A stretch of DNA of 64,000 nt, taken from contig CBDFKO010000002.1 of NCBI GenBank assembly GCA_965248845.1, forward strand, positions 2,450,369 to 2,514,368. Direction: 5' to 3'. Below, piece by piece: positions 21,085 to 31,224 of this stretch. The notes under the pieces were generated by a model that saw only the letters and a list, made by a program, of their open reading frames with translations, made no database searches and had not been told where the DNA came from. This DNA comes from Acidobacteriota bacterium. GTDB lineage: Bacteria > Acidobacteriota > UBA890 > WLXD01. How positions within the stretch are numbered: the first letter of the stretch is position 1; each line of letters opens with the position of its first letter. The translations under genes were made by a program, and so were the position numbers.

Positions 21085-23901
21085 CTAGCGGAGAATCAGA
21101 CGCAGACCGAAACGGATCGTCCGACCCTGCTGCACCTCGCTGATCCGCTCGAACACACTCGAGTTGATCTGCGTTTGCTGCGCCAGAACGATGTCGTTGC
21201 TGGTGAGGTTGAACGCATCCACGATGAAGTGGACACGACCACGATCACCCATGTCGAACGTCTTCTCTGCGCGCAGGTCGAGGTTCCAGTACGTGGCCAA
21301 CCGATGCGAGCCGAACGCATCTTGGATCGCGTTCACACGGCCCGAGCTGTTGGCTCGGTTGTTGGAGCGCACGTACGGGGCAATGATGTTGCCCTCGCGT
21401 ACCTGGAAGTACCCGGCAATGTTGAAACCACCACCGAACTGGTACATCCCTGACGTCTTGAGGTACCAGCGGCTGGCTCCCCAGTACGCCTCCGTGCGCG
21501 ATCCCGCCGACTCGATGTTGCCATCGAGCACTGCGATGTTGGTCGGGTCGGTGAACCCGCCCGTATCGTAGTTCTGCTTCGGTGAGGACCACGTGAACGA
21601 GGCACTCGACATCCACCGGTCGGCGAAGCGCTTCGTCATGTAGAGCTCGATGCCGGTGTAGGTCGTGTTGTAGCCCGCGCGCTGCTGGTACTCGTTGAAC
21701 CTCGAGCGCGCACCCGTGGGCTGGAAGACGGTGATGTTGCCAGCCGAGGTCGACTGCTGTACCGCTTCCCAGAAGCTCGAGTCGTTCTCGCCCGAACGAA
21801 TGTTCCAGGTGTTGTTGGAGTTCTTGCGGTAGATGAAGTTACCGCCAACACCGAACGTGCGGGTGATCTCGTGCTCCATGCCCAGGAGCAGCTCGTCCGA
21901 CCACGGTGCATTGGTCGCGTTGACCACGTTGGAGGAGGGAGCCAGCGGGTTGGCCGGATCCCAGCCACCGCTGGTCCACAGGATGTCGCCGGTCTCGCCG
22001 ACGTCTATGTCACCGTTGCCGTTCAGATCGAACCACTCGTAGTCGATCTCACGGCCAGCGGTCGTGTTCTTGCGGTGAAACTCGCCCGAGTACTGCTGCG
22101 CGTAGTAACGAGCAGCGTTGAACCGCAGGATCGTGCTGCTATTCCCCGACAGGTCGTAGGTCAGACCCACGCGCGGCGAGATGCTGTTCCAGGCGAAGTC
22201 AGGCTCGAAGCCCGGGAACGAGTTGGCCGGGAAGGTCCCCGGCGCAAACGGGTGGGCTCCAACCTCACTCGCGTACGAACGCGACTTCTGGTTGTCGTAG
22301 CGCAGACCAACGTTGATCGTCGCGCGACCCGCGCTGATGGTGTCACCAGCGTAGAAGCTGTACCGGTCACCACCGTAGTTGTCGAAGTCGGTCTGGATCA
22401 GCCAGGCCTCGGCAGCTGCACCAGCGATAGAAATGGCGACGGCGCCACCGGAGGGACCCCACTCCGAGAACGTATCGGCCGAGCGGGAGCTGAACCCGTA
22501 CTTCAACTCGTGATCGACACTGCTGCCAGCCAGATAGCTGTTGCCGTCCAGCTTGGCGTTCTTGAGCGGCCGTGTCGTGTCGTAGAAGTAGTAGCTAGCA
22601 CCCCACTGGCCCGTCGCCAGGTCGTACCTCGGCTGCGTCGTGCAGCAAACCGCCGGCGTCAACGAGAACCCGAGACCCGTGTCGTTGTACGTGGCCTCCA
22701 GGTAGTTGTTGTCGTTGATGGTCCACTGAACCTTGCCGGTGTTGATCGGCGTCGGACCTTCCTGGTTGAAGGTCGTTGCCGGCGGACGCGAAGCCGAAGC
22801 ACCACGGCCCTGCTTGGTCTTGTCGCCAAAAACGAACGTGTAGTTCAACACGAGGTTGTCGCTGACGTGCCAGTTGGCCTTGGCGTGGTAGTTGCGCAGC
22901 TGGGTGTTGTCCTCCGAGATCCCCACCTGCTGCTTGATGTCCTGCTTGCCGTACGCCGCCCACACAAAGAACTTGTTGCGCGCCAGCGGGCCACCGAGCT
23001 CGCCGCCGAAGTCCTTGATGTCGTTGATGCGGTTGCCGATGTAGCGGGGGTACAGCTCCTCAGCGGTGAAGTTACCGACCAGGTTGCCTTCCGAGTCCCC
23101 CACCGTCTGGCTCTGCCAGTCACCATCGGTCCAGTAGAACCGACCCGAGCCACGCCAGGAGTTGCCACCACGCTTCGTCACGAAGTTGATCCGAATTCCA
23201 CCCGACTGGATGGACGGATCGTTGCCGCCCGTCGTGAGAGAAATCTCCTCGAAGGCGTCGAAGTCGTAGTACATCGGCGAGGCGCCGAGCGCTGCCATGT
23301 CGGTGATCTCGGCGCCGTCATAGGTCCACACCGCATCCGAGCGCCTAGAACCGTTGGCCGAGAAGCTGGACTGCTGTCCACCCTCGGAGCCGCCGATGTT
23401 CTGGCGATCGACCTGCAGGCCGCGAGCCTGCTCCATCATGACCCACGGATCGCGCCCAGACGGGATCGACTGCATGTACTCCTCGGTCACGTTGGTGCCC
23501 GTGCCCGTGTTCTTCACATCGACGATCGGTGTGGAACCGGTAACCGTCACGGTCTCCTCGACCGTCGAGAGCTCCATGCCCACGTTGATCTGCGTGTTGC
23601 CGCCGACGCGAACCAGAAGCAGCTGCTGCACGACCGTCTTGAAACCTTCCAGCTGGAACGTCAGCTGGTAGTCGTCGCCCGGCGGCAGCACGGGAAAGCG
23701 GTACACGCCGTTGGCCTGCGTATAGATCGTCGAGGTCGGCACTAGGTTGCCTTCCACGGTGACCGCAACGCCTGGCAACGGGGCACCATCCGGGTCCGAT
23801 GCGGTACCCGTGATCGACCCTGTCTCCTGCGCCCACACGGGGGCCGCAATAAACAGGGTGATGATAAAGCTCGCGATCAGCGAGCGCTTGAGATGCTGCA
23901 A
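21085..23901 (-). CDS. TonB-dependent receptor (Oar-like, N-terminal carboxypeptidase-regulatory domain)
   Basis: Signal peptide VWA-QETGSITG; plug motifs DAFEEISLTTGG, INFVTKRGGN; NVGLRYD, ISPRVGLTYD; C-terminal GRTIRFGLRLIL. TTG start after GAGGAG. Confidence 0.95.
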   Translation of the reverse strand: MQHLKRSLIASFIITLFIAAPVWAQETGSITGTASDPDGAPLPGVAVTVEGNLVPTSTIYTQANGVYRFPVLPPGDDYQLTFQLEGFKTVVQQLLLVRVGGNTQINVGMELSTVEETVTVTGSTPIVDVKNTGTGTNVTEEYMQSIPSGRDPWVMMEQARGLQVDRQNIGGSEGGQQSSFSANGSRRSDAVWTYDGAEITDMAALGASPMYYDFDAFEEISLTTGGNDPSIQSGGIRINFVTKRGGNSWRGSGRFYWTDGDWQSQTVGDSEGNLVGNFTAEELYPRYIGNRINDIKDFGGELGGPLARNKFFVWAAYGKQDIKQQVGISEDNTQLRNYHAKANWHVSDNLVLNYTFVFGDKTKQGRGASASRPPATTFNQEGPTPINTGKVQWTINDNNYLEATYNDTGLGFSLTPAVCCTTQPRYDLATGQWGASYYFYDTTRPLKNAKLDGNSYLAGSSVDHELKYGFSSRSADTFSEWGPSGGAVAISIAGAAAEAWLIQTDFDNYGGDRYSFYAGDTISAGRATINVGLRYDNQKSRSYASEVGAHPFAPGTFPANSFPGFEPDFAWNSISPRVGLTYDLSGNSSTILRFNAARYYAQQYSGEFHRKNTTAGREIDYEWFDLNGNGDIDVGETGDILWTSGGWDPANPLAPSSNVVNATNAPWSDELLLGMEHEITRTFGVGGNFIYRKNSNNTWNIRSGENDSSFWEAVQQSTSAGNITVFQPTGARSRFNEYQQRAGYNTTYTGIELYMTKRFADRWMSSASFTWSSPKQNYDTGGFTDPTNIAVLDGNIESAGSRTEAYWGASRWYLKTSGMYQFGGGFNIAGYFQVREGNIIAPYVRSNNRANSSGRVNAIQDAFGSHRLATYWNLDLRAEKTFDMGDRGRVHFIVDAFNLTSNDIVLAQQTQINSSVFERISEVQQGRTIRFGLRLILR

Positions 23902-24061
23902 TTTGCCCTCCTCGGCAGTGCAACCCGAGACCCTCAAATGGGGACGTCAACGCCGACCGGGTCCCTTGTGATCGGCGCGGATAATCCGGGGACACGCTGG
24001 TCCCACCCGGTATGAATGCAACTCGCATACCAGACCGAATCCAAGGAGTCGGATTTCTGTC

Positions 24062-24082
24062 ACATTCGTGTCAACGAAATGT
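24062..24082. promoter_or_regulatory. Candidate operator upstream of the TonB-dependent receptor
   Basis: ACATTCGT-GTCA-ACGAAATGT imperfect inverted repeat in an AT-rich leader. Confidence 0.4.
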
Positions 24083-24350
24083 AAAGTTGCGTCTTGTCAG
24101 GTTTTCTTGGGGGCCGACCGCGAGGGGGAAAACTGCACGAAAACCCAATCCAGTCAGGGAGATACGCATTATTGGATCTTGACTCCATTTCCCTGGATCG
24201 GGGTTCGATCTGATGGAACAGCAGCGCCTTCTGCCACCCAAGACGGCCGATTTCTGGCCACTCCTGCACTGCAGAGGCTGCTGGCAGTCGCTCCTGACCC
24301 CTGCCCATCACCGGGCTGGGGCCCCCGGGACGGGCTCTCGGCACCGGCAT

Positions 24351-25883
24351 TCAGTCGGTGATCAGCTCCGTCTCCGGGTACTGGGCATACCAGCCGAACC
24401 AGAAGGCGCGGAAGGCCACCAGGCGGGGTAGCCCCTCGCCGGGAGCATCGGCCCGGACGATCATGTCCTCGCGGGCCTCCCAGACTCGGCCCTGGTCGTC
24501 GCGCACCCGGCCCTCGCCTGCAAGCTCGACGAACTTGACTCCCGGTGCCGGGTAAACGCGGTTGGCACCGTCGGCGCTGGTAACGACGACCAGCTCCCGG
24601 CCAGCGAAGTTCGTCTGGAACACGCGGTGGGCCCGCAGGTACTCGGCGCTGATCGCCAGCGCATCGTCGCCGCCACCGGGACGCGGGAAGCGGATCGCCA
24701 GGATCTCGGCCTTGTTGGCCAGCCGGTCATCCCGCTGCGAGACCTGGAACATCAGCTCGTCGGTCTCGAAGTACCCGCTGTACGCGGCGCCCTCGGAGTA
24801 ATCACGCTCGTGGCCGGTGTCGACCGAGAGCACCGTGGTCTCCGGGTGCTCGGCCTTCCACTCCCCCCAGGTCGTGGTGACTACCGGCACGGCGACCAGC
24901 CGCACGCCGCGGCCCACCATGCGGCCGACCACCGGCTCACCGGTGATCGAGGACCAGAGGGTATGGGTAATGTCGTCGAACATCAGCTTGTTGGAGCGGT
25001 ACAGCAACCCGGAGGTACCGAACTTGACCTGGCGACCGCCGACCGTGCTCTTGTAGGGGATCACGGTCCCGCAGAGCGTGCAGTAGACGACGGTCAGCTC
25101 CTCGCCGTCGACCTGGTCGTACATCAGCTCGTGCCAGCCGAGGACGCGCTTGGGCCAGGCCCGTGCCTCACCGTTGTGGGAAAAGCCGAACACGATGTTG
25201 CTGTCGTCGAGGTAGCCGGCGTCTGCTGCGCTCACCGTGGTCGGGTGATCGAGCGGTGGGATGCCGTTGACGCGCACGCCTCCCCACTCGACCTCGTCGA
25301 TACGGATCGCGGAGGTTCCCTCAGGCGAGAAGAAGTTGGCGAAAGTGGGGTCGATGTTGCGATACAGGTTGGCCTTGAAAACGCCCATGCCCGGGTGCGG
25401 GTCGTAGGGCTGGGCCCACATCCAGTGGCGCCAGTCTTTGGTCTCACTGCCGAAGGATTGGCCGGTCATCTTCTGCAGGAACCCGACCACGCGTTCGTGC
25501 GCCTGCACGCGCGGGCTGCGCCGGTTGCCGAAGCGCGAGCGGTCGGCGCGAAAGCTGTCGCCGAGGCCACCGCCGGAGTCGCCCTGGACGAGCCTCGACG
25601 TCTCTTGGCCGACACCGGGATCGCCGAGACCCGTCCCTCCCCTAAGCACGTCGCCCTCGACGCGCGTGCCCGACGGCAGGAACCGAATCCACTCCACGAG
25701 CATGGGCGCGTAGCCGTCGCGCCAGTTGTTCTCGAGCTCCTCCATCGCCGCCTCGGCGACGTCCTTGTCGGTGGAGCCGATGTCGAAGAAGAGCTTCAGA
25801 TCGGGATGGGTGGGCTGCTGGGCGATGGTAGGTCCGGCGACCGCGACCAGGAGCAAAATAACGACAACACTGCGCAGCTTCAT
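24351..25883 (-). CDS. DUF3179 domain protein (exported, CxxC)
   Basis: Signal peptide; WGGVRVNGIPPLDHP, WHE, VVYCTLCGT, FGTSGLLYRSNKLMFD, FWFGWYAQYPET. Confidence 0.9.
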   Translation of the reverse strand: MKLRSVVVILLLVAVAGPTIAQQPTHPDLKLFFDIGSTDKDVAEAAMEELENNWRDGYAPMLVEWIRFLPSGTRVEGDVLRGGTGLGDPGVGQETSRLVQGDSGGGLGDSFRADRSRFGNRRSPRVQAHERVVGFLQKMTGQSFGSETKDWRHWMWAQPYDPHPGMGVFKANLYRNIDPTFANFFSPEGTSAIRIDEVEWGGVRVNGIPPLDHPTTVSAADAGYLDDSNIVFGFSHNGEARAWPKRVLGWHELMYDQVDGEELTVVYCTLCGTVIPYKSTVGGRQVKFGTSGLLYRSNKLMFDDITHTLWSSITGEPVVGRMVGRGVRLVAVPVVTTTWGEWKAEHPETTVLSVDTGHERDYSEGAAYSGYFETDELMFQVSQRDDRLANKAEILAIRFPRPGGGDDALAISAEYLRAHRVFQTNFAGRELVVVTSADGANRVYPAPGVKFVELAGEGRVRDDQGRVWEAREDMIVRADAPGEGLPRLVAFRAFWFGWYAQYPETELITD

Positions 25884-26060
25884 GACGGCACCTTGGGAAC
25901 GGGGGGACCACGGGATGGCGCGGCGGCGGGATCGCGCGCTGGCCCAGACAGAGTCAAGAGTTATCCTACCGCGTAGACTCGTCGGAGTTGAGTCCTCGGC
26001 GTGAACTAGGGCACGTCGCCGGCCTGAAACGCCACCAGCCCCACATCCCGGAGTACTGCC

Positions 26061-27941
26061 GTGAGAGCCTCGATCCCAGCCGCCCTGCTCGCCGTGCTCC
26101 TGGCCAGCGCCACCATCGCCGCTGCACGCCAAACGAGGGTGAACGTGCCCAATCCCGACATCGGCGAGACCACGCTGGCCGCCCGCCGTGACGCCCAGCT
26201 CGCCGCCGCGGCCGACCTCGGTGTCTTTCACGACTTCGGCTTCACCGATCGCATCCTCGAGACCGGTATCACCTTCCGCCATCGCGTGGTCGAGGACTCG
26301 GGCAAGAGCTACAAGGCGGCCCACTACGACCACGGCACCGCCCTGGCCGTCGCCGACGTCGACGGGGACGATGTGCTCGACCTTTACTTCGTCACGCAGA
26401 TCGGCTCCAACGAGCTGTGGCGAGGTACCGGTGACGCCCGCTTCGAGAACATCACCGAGCGCGCCGGCGTCGGTTTGGCCGACCGCATCGGTGTCGGTGC
26501 TTCCTTTGCCGACATCGACAACGATGGCGACGCTGACCTGTTCGCCACTTCGGTGCGTGGCGGCAACGCCCTGTTCGAGAACGACGGCACCGGCCGCTTC
26601 CTCGACATCACCGAGCGCGCCGGGGTCGCCTATTCGGGCCACTCCTCGGGCGCCGTCTTCCTCGACTACGACGGCGACGGCCGCCTCGATCTGTTCGTCA
26701 CCAACGTCGGTAGTTACACCCTCGAGGAGCAGGGTGAGGGAGGCTTCTGGCGGGCCCGCGACGACGCTTTCCAGGGCCACCTGCTGGCCGAGCGTCACGA
26801 GCGCTCGATCCTCTATCGCAACCTGGACGACAACCGCTTCCGCAACGTCTCGAGCGAAGTGGGCCTGGTCGATAACTCGTGGAGTGGTGACGCCAGCCTG
26901 GTCGACTTCAACGCCGACGGTTTCCCCGACCTGTACGTGCTGTCGATGCAGGGCGACGACCACTACTACGAGAACCGCGACGGGCGGGCCTTCAGCGCGC
27001 GGACCGCAGCTCTGTTCCCCAAGACCCCCTGGGGCGCCATGGGCATCAAGTCGTTCGACTACGACAACGACGGCGACCTGGACCTGTTCCTCACCGACAT
27101 GCACTCCGACATGAGCGCCGAGGTGGGTCCAGACCAGGAGTTCGAGAAGCCCATCGTCGAGAATGCGGAGCGCTTCTACCAAGACAGCTCGAACAACCTG
27201 CTCGGCAATGCGTTCTATCGCAACGACGGCGGCAGCTTCACCGAGATCTCCGACGCGATCGGGCTCGAGAACTACTGGCCCTGGGGCACCAGCGTCGGCG
27301 ATATCAACGCCGACGGCTGGCAGGACGTGTTCATCGCCTCGTCGATGAACTATCCGTTCCGCTACGGCATCAACTCGATGATGCTCAACGATGCCGGTGA
27401 GAGATTCGCGCAGGCCGAGTTCGTGCTCGGCATCGAGCCCCGCCGCGATGGCGCCGTGCGCACCGAGTGGTTCAACCTCAACTGCGGCGGCGCCGACGCC
27501 GCCCACGAGATCTGCCAGACCTACTCGGGTCCGCTAACGGTCATGGGGACGCTTGGAACCCGCACCTCGGCGATCGTCGATATCGACGGCGACGGCGACC
27601 TCGATATCGTCACCGGAGAGTTCGGCTCCGCGCCCCAGTTCCTGGTGAGCAATCTGAGCGAGCGGCGGACCGTTAGCTGGCTCGGAGTCGAGCTCCAGGG
27701 TGACTTCTCGAACCGCGCCGGCCTGGGCGCCATCGTCGCGGTCCAGGCCGGCGGTAGCACCTACACGCGCATCAACGACGGCAAGACCGGCTACCTGTCG
27801 CAGAGCCGCCTGCCCCTCTACTTCGGGCTCGGCAATGCCGCCAGCGTCGAGAGGGTGACGGTGCGCTGGCCCTCGGGGAGCGAGCAGACTGTGCAAGGAC
27901 CGCTCGAGCCCAACCGCACGATCCATATCGAGGAACAGTAG
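26061..27941 (+). CDS. CRTAC1 family (FG-GAP + ASPIC/UnbV) protein
   Basis: Signal peptide; many DxDxDG loops; NRAGLGA..GYLSQSRLPLYFGLG..VRWPSG. Confidence 0.93.
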   Translation: MRASIPAALLAVLLASATIAAARQTRVNVPNPDIGETTLAARRDAQLAAAADLGVFHDFGFTDRILETGITFRHRVVEDSGKSYKAAHYDHGTALAVADVDGDDVLDLYFVTQIGSNELWRGTGDARFENITERAGVGLADRIGVGASFADIDNDGDADLFATSVRGGNALFENDGTGRFLDITERAGVAYSGHSSGAVFLDYDGDGRLDLFVTNVGSYTLEEQGEGGFWRARDDAFQGHLLAERHERSILYRNLDDNRFRNVSSEVGLVDNSWSGDASLVDFNADGFPDLYVLSMQGDDHYYENRDGRAFSARTAALFPKTPWGAMGIKSFDYDNDGDLDLFLTDMHSDMSAEVGPDQEFEKPIVENAERFYQDSSNNLLGNAFYRNDGGSFTEISDAIGLENYWPWGTSVGDINADGWQDVFIASSMNYPFRYGINSMMLNDAGERFAQAEFVLGIEPRRDGAVRTEWFNLNCGGADAAHEICQTYSGPLTVMGTLGTRTSAIVDIDGDGDLDIVTGEFGSAPQFLVSNLSERRTVSWLGVELQGDFSNRAGLGAIVAVQAGGSTYTRINDGKTGYLSQSRLPLYFGLGNAASVERVTVRWPSGSEQTVQGPLEPNRTIHIEEQ

Positions 27942-27976
27942 CCGGGGCCGTCAGAGCCGTCGTTGGCCACCCGCTC

Positions 27977-29340
27977 GGATGTGCCCCGAATGTCGTGGAA
28001 ATTGGATGAGCGCAGCCTCCTGGGCAACGGCTGATCGTATCGGTTAGGCGGCCTGCTCGTCCGGGCCGCGAGTGATCTGGGCAAGGTGACGATAGCCGTC
28101 GACGCGGCGCATGCGGATCTGGCCGAAGGCGACCAAGCCCCACAGCAACGTCACGCCAGCTGCCTCGGTGCAGAACGAACCCTGGGTCTTGGTACGGCGC
28201 CGGAACTCCCGGTTCAGGTTCTCGAGCGGGTTGGTCGTTCGCAACGTCTTCCACATCGGCCTGGGGAACTCGTAGAACGTCAGCAGGCTCAGGCCCGCTT
28301 CCTCCAGGCTTCGGGCAACGGCCGGCACGAGCCTGGACCATTTGCGCACGAAGGCGCTGTACGCGGCCCGAGCCTCGTTGCCGTTGTCGGCGCGGACGAT
28401 GGCATGCCAATCGCGCCTCATTTCATCGCGCGCATGCACGGGGCAGTGATCGCGAAGGTTGCTCCACTTGTGCTGGATGCATCGCTGCACCTGCGACCGC
28501 GGCCATGCCTCGGTCGCCTTCGCCAGCCCCTTGTGACCGTCGGCGATCAGCAGCTGAGGCGATCGCAGCCCCCGGTGCACGAGCGAGTCGATCAACCCTC
28601 GCCAGTGAACTTCCGCTTCCGAGGCCGCCAACCGCAACGCCACCAACACCTTCTGGCCGTCGGCTTTGACTCCGAGCACCGCCAACACCGGCACCGAGAC
28701 CACGCGCCGCGCCAACCTGACCTTCAGGTGAAACCCGTCCAGATACAGAATCGGATACCGCTCACCGGACAGCTCTCGCTCGCTCCAGCTCGCGAAGTAC
28801 GTCTTGAGCCGCCCCACCACCCGCGAGACCGTGCTCTTGGACAGGTGCGCTCTCCCGAGCAACGGAGACAACGCCTTGCGGATCCGCCGCGTGTTGGCGC
28901 CCGCCAGGTACGCTCCCAGGATCGCCTCGTCCACCTGTCGTGCTCGCCGCGCGTACCGTGGCAGGATCGCGCTCCGGAACTCCCGGGTGCCGCCGTCTTC
29001 GTCCACGACGCGACCGCGCGGCACGTCCAACTCCTGGAGTCCCTGCGCCGTCGTCACCCGCCGGCTTTGGGTGCCGTTGCGGTAGCCTCGGCGCGCCGAC
29101 CGTTGCGCTCGTATCGCGCGCTCCCCAGAGCCTCCGTGAGCTCCTCCTGGAGCGTGATCTGGATCGCCTCACGGATCCTCGTCCGCAGCAACATCTGTAC
29201 GTCCCGTCGAAACTCCACGACCTCGTTGTCGTGCGTGCTAACCTGCTTCACGGCGTAACCTCCTGCCGCTCGTGGCGGCTCTGAGTTTTGCTACTCGGAG
29301 GTTACGCCTTTCTAATTTCCACAGGACTCGGGACGAATCC
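27977..29340 (-). mobile_element. IS256 family insertion sequence (1364 bp)
   Basis: 30-bp imperfect TIRs (GGATGTGCCCCGAATGTCGTGGAAATTGGA vs GGATTCGTCCCGAGTCCTGTGGAAATTAGA). 8-bp target duplication ACCCGCTC at 27969-27976 and 29341-29348. Confidence 0.93.
28044..29251 (-). CDS. IS256 transposase (one frameshift near 29095)
   Basis: LGSARYER..RGYRNG split across frames; YLDG, IADGHKGL, QRCIQH, LRTTNPLENLNREFRRRTK. Confidence 0.9.
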
Positions 29341-29394
29341 ACCCGCTCCCGCGGCACGCGACTACTCGTCCGGGCGCGGTACTGTTGAGGGACC

Positions 29395-31224
29395 ATGAAA
29401 CGACGCGGTCGAGAATCGAGGTCCGGGCCGTCACGGTACTCGTGTGCGGGAGCGCTAGTCGCGCTGGCGATGCTCCTGGCGACTTCGGGCATCGCAACCG
29501 CCCAGACGCGTGCCTTCGGCGAGACCATGAATCGCGGCTTCGCCGCCATCGAGGCCGAGGATGCGGCCGCTGCCGCCGCCGCCTTCCAAGCCGCTCTGCT
29601 GATCACGCCCGGTCATCCGGCGGCCCTCGCCTGGCTGGGCAACGCACGGCGGCTCGAGGGTGACCTCAGCACCGCCCTGCGGAGGCTCGACGAGGCCGTG
29701 ACCGCGGCACCCGACTATTACCCGGCACGGTTGTTCCGCGCCCAGGCCCGGGAGCAGGCCGGCCATGTCGGCGAGGCGATCGATGACCTGCGCGCCGCCG
29801 TACAGCTCGACTCCGCCGACCCCACTGCCCGCGCCAGCTTGGCACGTCTGCTCATGCGCACGGGTCGGCTCGAGGAGGCTGCGGCGCAGGCCGATGAGCT
29901 CATCCGGCTGGCGCCCGACGTCTTCGCCGCCCATTATCTGCTGGCTACCGTGCAGCAGCAGCGCCAGCGGCATTCGGCCGCACTGACCGCGTTCCTGGAG
30001 GCCGACGCACTGCAGCCCGGAGAGCGAACCGTGCTGTTCGGTATCGCCGATGCCCTGGCCGGGCTGGGCCGTGTCGAGGACGCGTTCGGCGCCCTGGCCC
30101 GGCTGGTTGAGACCCATCCCGACTACCCTTACGGCTGGCGCCGCTACGCCGAGCTGCTCGCCGCGAATCGCTTCGAGCTCGATGCACGCATTGCGGCAGC
30201 GGACTTCTATACCCGCGCTCTCGAGCTACAGCCGGGTGAGCTCGATGTCGTTCGTCCGCTCGCAGCCCTGTATCTGGAGCTGCGACTCTTTCAGCGGGTG
30301 CAACGGCTGGTCGAGGCGGCCCCGCGCGCCGAAAGCGATGCCGAGATCCAGTTCCTCTTGGGCAAGGCACAGGCGCAGATGCGTGCTCACGAGTCGGCGT
30401 TGAGAACCTACGACCGGGCCTTCGAGCTATCGCCGCGCGCCGACATCTTGGCCTACCGTGCTGCCTCCGAGCGCAACCTGGATCGACCCGACGCGGCGCT
30501 GGCGACGCTGCGCAGCGCGGTGGAGCTCGATCCCGGATACGGTCCGGCCTGGGTCGATGTGGGTGATCTGCTGCTGCACCAGGACCAACTCGCCGAGGCC
30601 ACCACCGCCCTGCAGAACGCGGTGGGCCTTCTCCCCGAACATGGCCAGGCCCACTACCTGCTCGGCCAGGCCCTGCGACGGTCCGGTGACCCCGCCGGGG
30701 CGGTTCGAGAGCTGGAGCGCGCCGCCGAGCTCGACGAGACAAACGCTAACGCCTTCTACAACCTGGGTCTGGCCTACCGCGAGAACGGCGATGCCGAGCG
30801 CAGCCGGGTCGCGCTGGAGCGCTTCCAGGAGCTCGAGCGCACGTCCGGACGGGGTGCCGAGCAGGAGCGCAGAACCCGCGCCCGTGGCCTGCTTCGAACC
30901 GGGCTGGTGCAGTACCGGCTGGGCGACAATGCCGACGCCGCCGGCACCTTGCGACAGGCCACCGAGCTCGCGCCCGATGCTGAGCCGGCCTGGTACTACC
31001 TCGGGCTGTCGCTCGCCAACGAGCGCGATATCGCCGGGGCCATCGAGGCACTCGAACGAGCGGTCAGCTTGGCACCCGACCGCCTCGGCAGCCACGACGC
31101 CCTCGCCACGCTGTACGAGCAGGTGGGACGCGCCGACGATGCTGCCGCTGCCCGCGCGCGTGCCGCACAGCTACGCCAGCAGGCCCAGCAGCCGGTTAGC
31201 GCTCGGTCACGGCCGCGCCGGTGA
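29395..31224 (+). CDS. Exported TPR protein
   Basis: Signal peptide (IATA-QT) followed by many TPR repeats. Confidence 0.88.
   Translation: MKRRGRESRSGPSRYSCAGALVALAMLLATSGIATAQTRAFGETMNRGFAAIEAEDAAAAAAAFQAALLITPGHPAALAWLGNARRLEGDLSTALRRLDEAVTAAPDYYPARLFRAQAREQAGHVGEAIDDLRAAVQLDSADPTARASLARLLMRTGRLEEAAAQADELIRLAPDVFAAHYLLATVQQQRQRHSAALTAFLEADALQPGERTVLFGIADALAGLGRVEDAFGALARLVETHPDYPYGWRRYAELLAANRFELDARIAAADFYTRALELQPGELDVVRPLAALYLELRLFQRVQRLVEAAPRAESDAEIQFLLGKAQAQMRAHESALRTYDRAFELSPRADILAYRAASERNLDRPDAALATLRSAVELDPGYGPAWVDVGDLLLHQDQLAEATTALQNAVGLLPEHGQAHYLLGQALRRSGDPAGAVRELERAAELDETNANAFYNLGLAYRENGDAERSRVALERFQELERTSGRGAEQERRTRARGLLRTGLVQYRLGDNADAAGTLRQATELAPDAEPAWYYLGLSLANERDIAGAIEALERAVSLAPDRLGSHDALATLYEQVGRADDAAAARARAAQLRQQAQQPVSARSRPRR

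Noticed and set aside
24351-27506. 1051-aa ORF suggesting a giant DUF3179 fusion
   Set aside because: The upstream part is antisense to the CRTAC1 gene; the real protein starts with a signal peptide at 25883.
29054-29110. Programmed frameshift in the IS256 transposase
   Set aside because: No slippery A-run. IS256 transposases are normally single ORFs, and similar indels are common in this half of the window.
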